From contig CAZCPK010000002.1 in NCBI GenBank assembly GCA_964500755.1, positions 1 to 29,043 of the forward strand: a stretch of 29,043 bases of DNA, given 5' to 3'. The position numbers and the translations under genes were made by a program. A model generated the notes under the pieces. It was not told where the DNA came from and searched no databases. It saw only the letters and a program-made list of their open reading frames with translations. Each line of letters opens with the position of its first letter. Position 1 is the first letter of the stretch. Shown piece after piece: positions 7,598 to 16,514 of the stretch. This stretch comes from an uncultured Anaerolineales bacterium (lineage in GTDB: Bacteria > Chloroflexota > Anaerolineae > B4-G1 > SLSP01).

Positions 7598-8998
7598 CTA
7601 CCTCCTGTGACCTGCTGGTTGGGGAGCCTTGCTTAGCTCTACGACGTCGCGCTCAAAACTGAAGCCCGGCACCCGCGCCTCCAGCAGTTCCACGCTGTGC
7701 GGATACATCTCAAACTGGGCTACCTGTCCATCACGCGGTGACTTGAAAATCGGTTCCACGACTACATTCTTGCCTTCCAGGCGCCGGATCTCGCCCACCC
7801 CGGCGACATAACGCAAGCCGCTCTGCTCGCGCCTGAGATGTACGATGAAATGCGTCGCCGAGACGATCTCCTTGCGCACCTCCTCCGGCGCCAGGTCGCG
7901 GCCCATGCGGTACATGGTCACCATCCGGTCCACGGTCTCCCGCACGCTGTTGGCGTGGACGGTGAACAACGTACCGTCGTGCCCGGTGTTGCAGGCAGTC
8001 AGAATATCGACCATCTCCCCGCCCCGGGCCTCACCGAGAATGATGCGCGTGGGCCGTTGGCGCAGCGCGTTGCGGATCAGTTGATCCATGCCGATCTCGT
8101 CAATGCCCTCGGCCGCGTGGCGCACGTAGGACATGGACCAGTCTGCTAAATGCTCCAGTTGCAATTCTGGGGTGTCCTCGATGGTCACCACCCGGTCGCT
8201 TTCAGGAAAGTCCCGGCTAATGGCCTGCAGGAACGTCGTCTTGCCGGTACCCGTGCCGCCCGCGACCACCAGCGTGCGGTGAGCCTGTGCGACGGCGCGG
8301 AAGAAGTTGCGCAAGGTCGGCGTGATGGTGCCCAACTCGATCAACTCGTCCAGATCCATGGCCACCGGTCGGAACCGGCGAATCGTGACCTGAATGTCCG
8401 TGCCGGCCAGGGGGGGGATCTGCACAAAGAGCCGCGAGCCATCCGGCAAACGTGCATCCTGGTAGGGATTCTGATTATTGACTGGATACCCGTGGCCCGC
8501 CTCGATCTTGCGATTGAAGAAAGAGCGCGCAAACTCCGGGGAGTGGAAGCCCGTAATCTGCTCTTTGCGACCACCGGCGTAGATAACAAAGCCACGATCG
8601 AAGTTATTGAGGATCACTTCCTCTACATCGTCATCTTTCATGTAGGGGGATAACGGCCCCCAGCCCAGCACCTCGTCGACGATGCGCCGGGCTAACGCCT
8701 CGGGTTCGCCATCCAGTAGCGGTACGCCCTCCTTGGGCGCGGTGTGGTTGTGCTGCTTGATCATCTGCAGCGCCACGGTTTTCACCTGATCCTCGACCTG
8801 CGCCGTCGGATGCTCCATCTCCTCAGCGTCTAACATACGGTGCTGTTGGATACGGCGCCGCACGGCCTCTACCACGTCGCGGAAGACGTCCGTCTGCGTC
8901 TCTCCCGTGGTCAGGGCTGCGGCCCAGGGTTGATCGTCGTCAGCATACCCTTCAAAGTCCGCGTAGGGATTGCCATAAGGTAGTTGTTCATCACGCAT
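7598..8998 (-). CDS. cpaF: CpaF/TadA pilus secretion ATPase, module 1
   Basis: LGWGPLSPYM.DDDVEEV, Walker A GGTGTGKTT, Asp box TIEDTPEL, Walker B RQRPTRIILGEARG, His box NTGHDG..TVHANS. Confidence 0.95.
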   Translation of the reverse strand: MRDEQLPYGNPYADFEGYADDDQPWAAALTTGETQTDVFRDVVEAVRRRIQQHRMLDAEEMEHPTAQVEDQVKTVALQMIKQHNHTAPKEGVPLLDGEPEALARRIVDEVLGWGPLSPYMKDDDVEEVILNNFDRGFVIYAGGRKEQITGFHSPEFARSFFNRKIEAGHGYPVNNQNPYQDARLPDGSRLFVQIPPLAGTDIQVTIRRFRPVAMDLDELIELGTITPTLRNFFRAVAQAHRTLVVAGGTGTGKTTFLQAISRDFPESDRVVTIEDTPELQLEHLADWSMSYVRHAAEGIDEIGMDQLIRNALRQRPTRIILGEARGGEMVDILTACNTGHDGTLFTVHANSVRETVDRMVTMYRMGRDLAPEEVRKEIVSATHFIVHLRREQSGLRYVAGVGEIRRLEGKNVVVEPIFKSPRDGQVAQFEMYPHSVELLEARVPGFSFERDVVELSKAPQPAGHRR

Positions 8999-9010
8999 GG
9001 TAAAACTCCT

Positions 9011-10456
9011 TTATTTTCCAAAGAGGACACCGTCTATTTTCTGCTTAAAGCCTTTTTTCTTTTCGGGCCGCGCCAGACCAGGATAGAACATACCGGCCAG
9101 GGCGATGAGATTATTGGCCAACGCTGTATCTGGAGCGGAGAGCACGATGGGATTAGCATTATTTATGGCGTCGTGAGCCACGTGGGCATTGAACGGTAAC
9201 GTCATTACCAACGGCAGGGGATCCAGCACGTCTACTATATCGCCTTCTGTCCACCCGAAGGTTTCATCGAAGGCCGTAATCACCAGGCTGAACTTGTCCA
9301 ATGAGCCGCCCATCTGGTGTGTCAACGGATCCAAAGCATGGGCGGTATCCAGAATCGCCGTGCGGATCGGCGGGACCGGCACCAATACTTGGTCCGCTTT
9401 TTCCAACGCGGCGCGATGGAAGGGCCGCGTGAAATCTTGCCCCAGGTCTATCACCACGAACGTGGCGCGTTGCCTGACTTGCTTGATGATCTCGCAGGCG
9501 AGGTTATAGAGCAGGCCCATATTTTGAAATTCCTGCGCCGCTGCCTGCCCCGTATCCGTCAAGCCCGGCAGCAATTGCAGATGTGATTCGCTTTCCTTCC
9601 AATTCATCAGCACCCGATTGAGTTCGAGAGCGTTGATAGCCTCGTTTCCGCGCTTGGGATATGCATTCGAAGCGCGCAGGACCAGCGAATGCAAGTCATT
9701 GCCGATCATCGGCATTTCAAACCGTTCGTGCTCAGCGTACTCAGTGGTAAATCCCAGGACCGTATGGCAGTCACCTTTGGTCATATCAAAATCCAATAAC
9801 ACGGTGCGCTGAGAACCCAGATCCATGTGGGACAACGCCACGGCCAGGTTGGTCGCGATGGTGGTCCGTGTCGAGCCGCCGCCTTTGGGCACCCAGATAG
9901 CGATCGTTTTACGCTCGTAGGAGAGATCGGCTGCTCCGGTCATGGCTTGAGTATGGTGCTGCACGCGCCCCGCAGCGCGATCTCGCCAGGCTTGATTTAC
10001 CGCCTCCTCCGCTTTACCCAGAAAGGCCGCGACGGAAGCGGAATTGATAGGTACGGCAATCTTGCCGACGGCCCCATTGCTGATCATCTCCCGGCCCAGG
10101 TCCGACCGGTCCGGCATCATCCCTATGACCGGGATTGGTTTCTGGGTATACGTCAGCAGCTCCTGGATGATACCGTGGTGATACCCTTCCAGAAGCGGAT
10201 TGAGCAACACCAGATCGGTCTCTTGATTTTGAGCATCGTCCAGCACCCGCTGTGCGTGTTGTTGCGCCCCAATGATGCGCCAGGGGCGTCCCGGTAGTCC
10301 TTCGTCCTCAATACGTTGCCTGTGACTCGTCAAGCCCTCTCGCAAGCGCTCCAGGTTGGCATAATTGCGATAGCCAACGACCAGCTTGAGTATCTTATCG
10401 TCCTTTGGCTTAGGACGATTGTAGACGGTCTTTTTGTCACCGTTGTTGTTGGGCAT
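9011..10456 (-). CDS. cpaE: CpaE/TadZ-like receiver plus MinD/ParA-type ATPase, module 1
   Basis: N-terminal receiver-like domain (DLVLL.P.L), C-terminal IAIWVPKGGGSTRTTIATNLAVAL, VLLDFD, FVVIDLG. It lies between cpaB and cpaF. Confidence 0.85.
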   Translation of the reverse strand: MPNNNGDKKTVYNRPKPKDDKILKLVVGYRNYANLERLREGLTSHRQRIEDEGLPGRPWRIIGAQQHAQRVLDDAQNQETDLVLLNPLLEGYHHGIIQELLTYTQKPIPVIGMMPDRSDLGREMISNGAVGKIAVPINSASVAAFLGKAEEAVNQAWRDRAAGRVQHHTQAMTGAADLSYERKTIAIWVPKGGGSTRTTIATNLAVALSHMDLGSQRTVLLDFDMTKGDCHTVLGFTTEYAEHERFEMPMIGNDLHSLVLRASNAYPKRGNEAINALELNRVLMNWKESESHLQLLPGLTDTGQAAAQEFQNMGLLYNLACEIIKQVRQRATFVVIDLGQDFTRPFHRAALEKADQVLVPVPPIRTAILDTAHALDPLTHQMGGSLDKFSLVITAFDETFGWTEGDIVDVLDPLPLVMTLPFNAHVAHDAINNANPIVLSAPDTALANNLIALAGMFYPGLARPEKKKGFKQKIDGVLFGK

Positions 10457-10459
10457 AGA

Positions 10460-11356
10460 TCACTCCTTGTCCTCAATAGTCTCTGGCTCCTCGATCTCGG
10501 GGCGATACTGAAAGAAACGCTTTTCAAAGTCTTGCCAGGTGATCCCGCCTGGATACTCCTCAAGTAGGCCCGGCTGATGTACCGCCAGAATCACGTCGCC
10601 GTTGTGTAGTAGGAAGCCCAGGACCTCAGCCTGCTCGCGAGTGACAGCTACGTAAAGCCGCTCTGTATCGCCATACATGACCTTCGGTTCTGCGCCCTCC
10701 TCGTTCGTTCCATAGCCACTGGCTGCTGAGGTGTTGATCTCTTCGCGCTCCACCCGCTCGACAGGAATGTTCTGCAGGACCAGCGTCGATAGGGGGAGGG
10801 GTAGGGTCACCGTGGCGGTGTCGCGAGCCTTTACGGTACCGGTCAGCGGTACGCCTCTCCAATCCATTTGCGGCGTGGGCGTGGGATGGCTCTGGATAAA
10901 CTCGGCGCGCACCGTACCTATGGAAACGACCAGATCCACTTCGTCGCCGGCGACCGGGATATTCCCGCCTGCGTCCGGACTAACAGGAATGGCCATCAGG
11001 ACCTTGTGCGTGCCGGTGATCAGATGAGTCAAGCGGGTCACGTATGCACCGGCCTCTTCGGTATCCACGTAGGCCTTGTAGAGCGGGCTGCCGGCCGGCA
11101 CGTCTGTCAACAACTTTGCGCCTACCGGGAAATTCTGTGGTAGGTAGATCCGCTGCTGAATCTGGGGACTGATCCCGTTCCACTCTTCGAGCCGGAACAT
11201 CTCCTGCTGAATGGCTAGGCCTCCGGGCAGGTCTTCCACCGCGACCGGCACCTGCACCGGGGGCGGGTTCAGCAAGCGCCCCGCAAAGAGCAGCGCGGCC
11301 ACCGCAATGACGGCCAACACAATTCCTACCAGTAACAACGGCTTGTTAATGTGCAT
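10460..11356 (-). CDS. cpaB: CpaB/RcpC pilus assembly protein (SAF domain), module 1
   Basis: N-terminal TM, VPVAVEDLPGG SAF start, MAIPV...GDEVDLVVS, LVLQNIPV, LYVAVTREQAEVL. Confidence 0.9.
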   Translation of the reverse strand: MHINKPLLLVGIVLAVIAVAALLFAGRLLNPPPVQVPVAVEDLPGGLAIQQEMFRLEEWNGISPQIQQRIYLPQNFPVGAKLLTDVPAGSPLYKAYVDTEEAGAYVTRLTHLITGTHKVLMAIPVSPDAGGNIPVAGDEVDLVVSIGTVRAEFIQSHPTPTPQMDWRGVPLTGTVKARDTATVTLPLPLSTLVLQNIPVERVEREEINTSAASGYGTNEEGAEPKVMYGDTERLYVAVTREQAEVLGFLLHNGDVILAVHQPGLLEEYPGGITWQDFEKRFFQYRPEIEEPETIEDKE

Positions 11357-12146
11357 CAGGTAAAACTCCTTTTCGATAGTTGAGATTGATTTGACTAAAC
11401 TGCTTGATGGTCGTCAGGGCGCCCGGATCCCCGGCTGCGTACGCTTCCAGCGCCGCGGCCCACCGAGATAAAAGCCCCGCGTGTTGGGGGAGCGGCGTAG
11501 TCTGGGCCAAGGTACGCAACGTTTCAGCGGCACGCTGCGCTTGTGCCGGACGCTGATCCACAGCTACCATACCGACCCGCGCCACGACGTCCGCGGCGTG
11601 TTGGGCATGGATGATTACCGCGTCAGGGAGTGGGGTGGGCGTAGGCAGCGGTGAAATAGCGGCTGCTGCCGAGTTAGATTGCGATGACGGCGCCGAGAGA
11701 TTGCTCACGGCCTCTCCTGAAGGAGACGCTAGCAAGGTCAAGACCAGCACCGCGGCTAAGCCCCAGACAGCCGCCAGAGGAATCGCCTGCCCCCATTGCA
11801 AACGACCGAGTAGCACCCCCAAGAATAATAGGGTGATCCCCACCGCAACGATTAGGGGTGCGTACATGCCAAAGGAAAAACAGAGATAGGTGAGCATCCA
11901 GACGTCGCCACCGGCCCATTGCTCCGTATGTAATCCGTACAGCCCCCAGGCAAAACTGAACACGCCCAGGACCAGATGCAGGAGCGGATACGTGGCCAGC
12001 AGTGCCGTGCTGATACTGACCAGCAACGCTATCCCTGACCAGAGCAGATAGACCTTGCGCCGGGTCAGATCCGTGTAGATCACGACCATGAGCAAGAGCG
12101 CGTGCATGCCCCACAACCAGAGAGGTAACTCCAAAGCAAAAAACAT
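11346..12146 (-). CDS. A24-type prepilin peptidase fused to a C-terminal soluble helical domain, module 1
   Basis: Candidate catalytic motifs YTDLTRRKV and WAGGDVWML in multi-TM context, then an S/A/PT linker and an about 90-aa helical tail. Confidence 0.7.
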   Translation of the reverse strand: MFFALELPLWLWGMHALLLMVVIYTDLTRRKVYLLWSGIALLVSISTALLATYPLLHLVLGVFSFAWGLYGLHTEQWAGGDVWMLTYLCFSFGMYAPLIVAVGITLLFLGVLLGRLQWGQAIPLAAVWGLAAVLVLTLLASPSGEAVSNLSAPSSQSNSAAAAISPLPTPTPLPDAVIIHAQHAADVVARVGMVAVDQRPAQAQRAAETLRTLAQTTPLPQHAGLLSRWAAALEAYAAGDPGALTTIKQFSQINLNYRKGVLPDAH

Positions 12147-13696
12147 CAGCGCTCCCTCCGTGCTGGGAACCAGGAAACCGTCCAGGACACGCTATTCGTC
12201 TGCAGGCCGGTCGTCTGTCCGGTTGCCGAGGCCTGCCAGGCGCCTCTGCACTGCGTGCCGAAATACGGATCTCCTGCTTCTGCAGCATCCAGGACAAGCT
12301 CACCGGCGGGATCGGCCTGCACGATGTACGTGGTTTCAGCAGCACAGATCAACGGCTCCCCCTCGTCGTCTGCCGGTGCATGTACCCGCACTTCTACCTG
12401 TTCCTGGGCCTGGAACGCGGACCCGCGTAGCACCTGCGGCGGTTGCCCCACGTCCGGCGCGTACCAGACGAGCCAGGGATGTTCCACTGTTAGCACTCCA
12501 GGATGCGGCGTGGGGGTGGGGCTCGCTGTAGGCGTGTTTGTAGGCGTCGGCGTTGCCGTAGGCGTGTTTGTCGGTGTCGGCGTATTCGTCGACGTTGCGG
12601 TAGGTGATGGCGTCGGTGTAGGCGTGGGCGTGAACGTTGCCAGGATCACCTCGCAGGTTTCCACGTCGAAGTCGTCGGCTCGCCAGCCGCACAGCACCTC
12701 ACTGGCAAGTGTGGTGAAGCCTCCGCTATTGCTTTGATGCACGGCCATCACCCGATCCTCCGCCTCAGGCACCACATAACCGCCAACTTGAGAGCGCGGT
12801 CCCGGATCCGGGGGGCTGTCCGTATGGGTCGCGTAGCGCCCCCAGGCCTCTTGCAGGAGTCGCCATACGCTGCCCCAGGGGCCGAGATCAAACACCGCGC
12901 CGCCCATATCCCGGACGACCGGGTGTCCTTCCGGGTCGCGCACCTGGATCGTCAAGGCCGGGATGCGCCTGAAGACCTGGAGATACTGGACAGTGAACTG
13001 CTGCCAATTTCCCGAGGTTCGCACCTTTTTGATGTGCCCGATGTGAAAGGAGGTCGGATATTCCCCGCTGGGCACCGTCTGAGTGCTGTAGATACAGTTA
13101 TTGCCATTGGTGTCACAACGCGATTTATACGCCGTGCGGGTCGAAGCGTCATAGCGCACCGTGACGATAAACCATTGATTGATCTGGCTGCCGCTCAGGT
13201 CATCGCCCTGCATCCCAGTGATGCGGCTGTAGGGCGCAACGATAGGAGTCATATTCGACGGACAGTAGGAGGGATGCTCAAAATATCTCCCGTGGTAGGG
13301 CTGCGTTCCAAAATAGAAGCCCATACCCCACCCCTGGAACCCCATCGTCCACTTGATCTTCCACCGGACGTAAAAGTCCTCGCCCTCCGGCGGGAGAATG
13401 TCGTTGGTATAGATGGTCGGCGCGGTACGCCTATTACTATTGAAATGAATGCCGTCACCCTGCTGGTTGATGGAGCCCCTCACGCTGGTAGTACCATTGT
13501 GCAAACTGCAATTCGTGTACGACGTGGGACTAGGCACCCGCGTCCATTGCCCATCCTGATAGCCACCGCGAAAGTCGATCGCATACCAGGGCTCCCACTC
13601 CGGCCCAGGCGGCTCCGGCAGCGCCAGCGGGCGGGCCTGCGCGGTCGAGGTAAGCAGCAGGAGTCCAAAGAGTACGACAATCCCCCAGCGTCTCAT
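12146..13696 (-). CDS. Secreted multidomain adhesin-like protein (ConA/LamG-like beta-sandwich, Ig-like, PT repeats; about 516 aa)
   Basis: The start at 13696 has a TGATG overlap. Signal peptide MRRWGIVVLFGLLLL..AQA, NQWFIVTVRYDA..PTSFHIG lectin-like pattern, LTIQVRDPEGHPV, long (PT)n tract, C-terminal beta domain. Confidence 0.75.
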   Translation of the reverse strand: MRRWGIVVLFGLLLLTSTAQARPLALPEPPGPEWEPWYAIDFRGGYQDGQWTRVPSPTSYTNCSLHNGTTSVRGSINQQGDGIHFNSNRRTAPTIYTNDILPPEGEDFYVRWKIKWTMGFQGWGMGFYFGTQPYHGRYFEHPSYCPSNMTPIVAPYSRITGMQGDDLSGSQINQWFIVTVRYDASTRTAYKSRCDTNGNNCIYSTQTVPSGEYPTSFHIGHIKKVRTSGNWQQFTVQYLQVFRRIPALTIQVRDPEGHPVVRDMGGAVFDLGPWGSVWRLLQEAWGRYATHTDSPPDPGPRSQVGGYVVPEAEDRVMAVHQSNSGGFTTLASEVLCGWRADDFDVETCEVILATFTPTPTPTPSPTATSTNTPTPTNTPTATPTPTNTPTASPTPTPHPGVLTVEHPWLVWYAPDVGQPPQVLRGSAFQAQEQVEVRVHAPADDEGEPLICAAETTYIVQADPAGELVLDAAEAGDPYFGTQCRGAWQASATGQTTGLQTNSVSWTVSWFPARRER

Positions 13697-14295
13697 CAGG
13701 GCACATTCTCCACGGTGAGTTGCGCCGTGAAGGTGAAGCCCGTCATCGAGAAGATCTCCACCAGGTAGATGCCTGGCGTCACGTAGGGCGACTCGGGCGT
13801 CCAGGTCGCCGTCAACGGCCCGCCGGTCGGCACCGGGTGAAAGGGGCCTTGTACGTTCTGGCCCCATTGATTCTCACCCCAGAACACCAGATCCACGTCG
13901 GCGGCCTGGGGGTACTCGTTCACCCTCGCCTGGATGGTAGCGGTGATGGGAAACCCCAGGTAGACGTCGCTGCCGTAGGAAAGCGTGAGCACGTAGGGCT
14001 GTCCCAACGACAACACGCACTGGTCGCGGGCCGTGACGTCGTTGGTCGTGTAGCAGACAGCGGGTAACGGCTCCGGTGCCGGGCAGAGCTCGATCTCCGT
14101 TTTCCATACCAACGGCAGGTAAAAGCGGAAAAGAAGATCCTCATGTTCATTCGTCACCCTATGTTCATTTGTCACACTTGTGGGCGCCGGTGAGATCGCA
14201 GTATCCGCGGCCTCTGTGACCTGGCTGCTTACCACTACCAACAGGCCCAGGCCCAACCCGGTAATGAGCAATGGGAGTAAGAGTTTCCGGGTCAT
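13696..14295 (-). CDS. Secreted protein with FYLPLVWK motif (about 199 aa)
   Basis: The start at 14295 has an ATGA overlap. Signal peptide, VTNEHR/VTNEHE duplication, YLPLV motif, three Cys and a beta-rich C-terminal domain. Confidence 0.8.
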   Translation of the reverse strand: MTRKLLLPLLITGLGLGLLVVVSSQVTEAADTAISPAPTSVTNEHRVTNEHEDLLFRFYLPLVWKTEIELCPAPEPLPAVCYTTNDVTARDQCVLSLGQPYVLTLSYGSDVYLGFPITATIQARVNEYPQAADVDLVFWGENQWGQNVQGPFHPVPTGGPLTATWTPESPYVTPGIYLVEIFSMTGFTFTAQLTVENVP

Positions 14296-14552
14296 CTCTC
14301 GCGCTCCGCGATTTCGAAGGTATGCAACAAGAGCTGCCAGATCACTTGGTAGATTTCCCGTAGTTTTATGGTGTCTTGCTCCAACTTGTCTGCCGCACGA
14401 TGTAGAGCCTGCGCCAAACGCTGACACGGGGGTGCTGGATCGAGAGGCGAAACCTGACGATAGAGACAGTACGCTAGACGCAAGGATTTTATCTGTGAGG
14501 ATACCGGCTGGCTATGACCAAGATGTAGCCACGATGGAGTGTTCACATTCAT
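14292..14552 (-). CDS. Small helical hypothetical protein (86 aa)
   Basis: Fills the gap exactly: it starts 3 nt after the upstream stop and overlaps the next gene by ATGA. No motif recognised. Confidence 0.55.
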   Translation of the reverse strand: MNVNTPSWLHLGHSQPVSSQIKSLRLAYCLYRQVSPLDPAPPCQRLAQALHRAADKLEQDTIKLREIYQVIWQLLLHTFEIAERER

Positions 14553-14554
14553 AG

Positions 14555-14821
14555 TTAATTAGCTTCCTTTTCTGTTGTCCGGCCCAAACCCTGCTCCGTC
14601 AGGTCTGCACGCCAGGGATTATGACGCTGATTACCCAGCGCCTGCATTCGTTCACAAAAAGCCAACACACTCGCGCGCTGGATCAGCCAGTCGCGACCCA
14701 CTTTCTGCGCCGTGATACGGCCCTGGCTGGCCAGTCTACGCATATAGGTAACAGAGCACTCGGTGACCTCTGCGGCCTCCTGGGTGGATATCCACCCTTC
14801 GACAATCGGTCCTTCAGACAT
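14555..14821 (-). CDS. Excisionase-like HTH_17/MerR-type DNA-binding protein
   Basis: WISTQEAAEVTECSVTYMRRLASQGRITAQKVGRDWLI is the classic HTH_17 signature. RBS GAGGAAG before the ATG at 14821. Confidence 0.85.
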   Translation of the reverse strand: MSEGPIVEGWISTQEAAEVTECSVTYMRRLASQGRITAQKVGRDWLIQRASVLAFCERMQALGNQRHNPWRADLTEQGLGRTTEKEAN

Positions 14822-15410
14822 GTGCTTCCTCACTGGCTATCTTCTCAATCCACAAACCATCACTCAGATCCTGGATCTTGGCCCGATTCTGCAACGTAGC
14901 CCGCCAGTTAAAACGGTTATACAAAGACCCGCCTACGTAACACATCTTCCAGCGCTCAAACTCACGCAGCGCGTGCGTGATGTGCGTCGGCAATCGTTGT
15001 CTGCGGGCCGGCCCTATGAGAAAAAGCGGAGCGTGTCTTTCAATTAGATCCCAGAGCAGGGAGAATAGCTGTTCGCGGCGGTCGACGTGCCTCAAATTGC
15101 CATTGCCTTCCCAGATAGTAGCCTGGGTTTGCAGATCCCAACCGCTGCGCCACAGTTGTAAGCGAAAAGCGACCGGATATGACCAGATATGTACCGGCTC
15201 GTGAGCGATCAATCGCTCATGCACCAGAGGGAGGGCTTCATCCAAAGGCACTTTGTTGGCAGGGTGCGAGCAGGGTTCTGGTATTCCATAGGTCACGCAG
15301 CAGCGTTTATGCTGTAGCCAGTCCCGCAATACTTGATAGCATTGCTCAATTCGTTGTTCGCGTCTCGTTTCCTCGTAGGCCCGAAAGACCAGCATCTGAG
15401 GCACCTTCAT
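14814..15410 (-). CDS. Hypothetical cytoplasmic protein (198 aa)
   Basis: Coupled at both ends (ATGA upstream, 8-nt overlap downstream). No TM and no confident family. Confidence 0.7.
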   Translation of the reverse strand: MKVPQMLVFRAYEETRREQRIEQCYQVLRDWLQHKRCCVTYGIPEPCSHPANKVPLDEALPLVHERLIAHEPVHIWSYPVAFRLQLWRSGWDLQTQATIWEGNGNLRHVDRREQLFSLLWDLIERHAPLFLIGPARRQRLPTHITHALREFERWKMCYVGGSLYNRFNWRATLQNRAKIQDLSDGLWIEKIASEEAHV

Positions 15411-15964
15411 GGGTCAGTCTCCCGCGGTGCAGAAGCAGTAAAGGAGATCTCCAGGACGAGATCCTTGTGATCGTAGTCGTTGTCGCAGTCCCAGTGGGTC
15501 TCCTGAGCGGACGCTCCTCTCACAATCAGCGGCGCGGACGCGTTCTCGCGTGCCTGCCAGTCCCAGGCGTAGAAGATGGGATGGGGCGTGATAATCGAAC
15601 CGTAAGTGTCGGCGTAGAGGAAGAGATTCAGGCGCTGTCCGGCCGAGATCGGCACCGTGACGTCCAGACGGGGCGTACGGGCGGTCAGCTCCCCGAGGGT
15701 GCCACCGGGCGCGTCGCACTCGCCGTCGGCGTCCCGATCGTAGCAGTAGCACAACCACTGCCATGCCGCCTGAGTTTCCCCCCGCTGCGCCTGCACCCGA
15801 TAGCCGCCATCGTCCGGCGCAACCAGGCGCGGGGGTCGCGCTGGCCCCTGGACGATCAGCGGCAAGTACATCGTATGCTGCGGTGTGTCCGTCTCCTGGG
15901 CCGCCGCCGGCACTACAAAGATAGTGACTGTACACAACACCATAAGCATAAGCAGTTTTCGCAC
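15407..15964 (-). CDS. Secreted protein with MYLPLIVQ motif and Cys/Asp-rich loops (185 aa)
   Basis: GTG start after GGGAGG, signal peptide ending AAA-QE, YLPLI motif, CYCYDRDADGECD and WDCDNDYDHKDLVL acidic motifs. Confidence 0.8.
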   Translation of the reverse strand: MRKLLMLMVLCTVTIFVVPAAAQETDTPQHTMYLPLIVQGPARPPRLVAPDDGGYRVQAQRGETQAAWQWLCYCYDRDADGECDAPGGTLGELTARTPRLDVTVPISAGQRLNLFLYADTYGSIITPHPIFYAWDWQARENASAPLIVRGASAQETHWDCDNDYDHKDLVLEISFTASAPRETDP

Positions 15965-15976
15965 ACAAACCTCCCT

Positions 15977-16507
15977 TCAGTGCACCGTAGTAACGCTCGC
16001 CGCAGCGAAGACGTGGATCGGCACCGCCTGATTCCCATTCACCCACCCGTAGAGCACGGGTTGGACCGCGAACTCCAGGTAGACGCCAATGGCCGGGTCA
16101 TCCGGCGCCCAATCGCCGGCCCGCATTCCCGCCCGCGCCACCGGCGGGTAATCAGCGTACACCGCTGCGGTATCCGTGGCGTGGACGCGCACGTCGTAGG
16201 AGATGGCCGTGAGATCCGCTCGGTGGGCCAGCGTCTCCTGGAGCGCGTCAACGGTATCCTGGTAAGCCACCGCGGCATCCAAAGAGAGCGCGCCGGTGGC
16301 CATGTACCCCGCGTAATCCCGACTGTGAGCCAGCCCGGACAGCGCGGCGCTCTCCGCAACCCGATAGCCCCAGGTGCGATACGCCCACAGGCGAGCCAGA
16401 TCCACGAGTCCCGCAATAAGTAAGGTGAGTATCAACGTGCCCAATATTGTCCAGATAGCAGCCTGACCCGCTTCGTCGTTAGGGAGTCGCATATGTGTTT
16501 TTTGCAT
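15977..16507 (-). CDS. tadG: TadG-like pseudopilin (module 2)
   Basis: DEAG|QAAIW, TM, GLVDLARL..YRVAESAALSG Tad motif, C-terminal IHVFAAASV. Confidence 0.8.
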   Translation of the reverse strand: MQKTHMRLPNDEAGQAAIWTILGTLILTLLIAGLVDLARLWAYRTWGYRVAESAALSGLAHSRDYAGYMATGALSLDAAVAYQDTVDALQETLAHRADLTAISYDVRVHATDTAAVYADYPPVARAGMRAGDWAPDDPAIGVYLEFAVQPVLYGWVNGNQAVPIHVFAAASVTTVH

Positions 16508-16514
16508 ATCAACT

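Noticed and set aside
12520-12640. Repetitive DNA here, and similarly at 22370-22450 and 2480-2700, as a CRISPR array or satellite
   Set aside because: These are in-frame PT or GD low-complexity coding tracts without identical repeats or unique spacers.
14143-14175. 18-bp tandem duplication (VTNEHR/VTNEHE)
   Set aside because: It is real but in-frame within a post-signal linker, most likely a neutral slippage event.
12734-16423. Long plus-strand ORFs (12734-13768, 15179-16423) and other antisense ORFs such as 2100-2756, 4997-5608 and 23797-24465
   Set aside because: They are shadows of well-supported, coupled minus-strand genes in GC-rich DNA, with Arg/Pro-rich, motif-less translations and no RBS.
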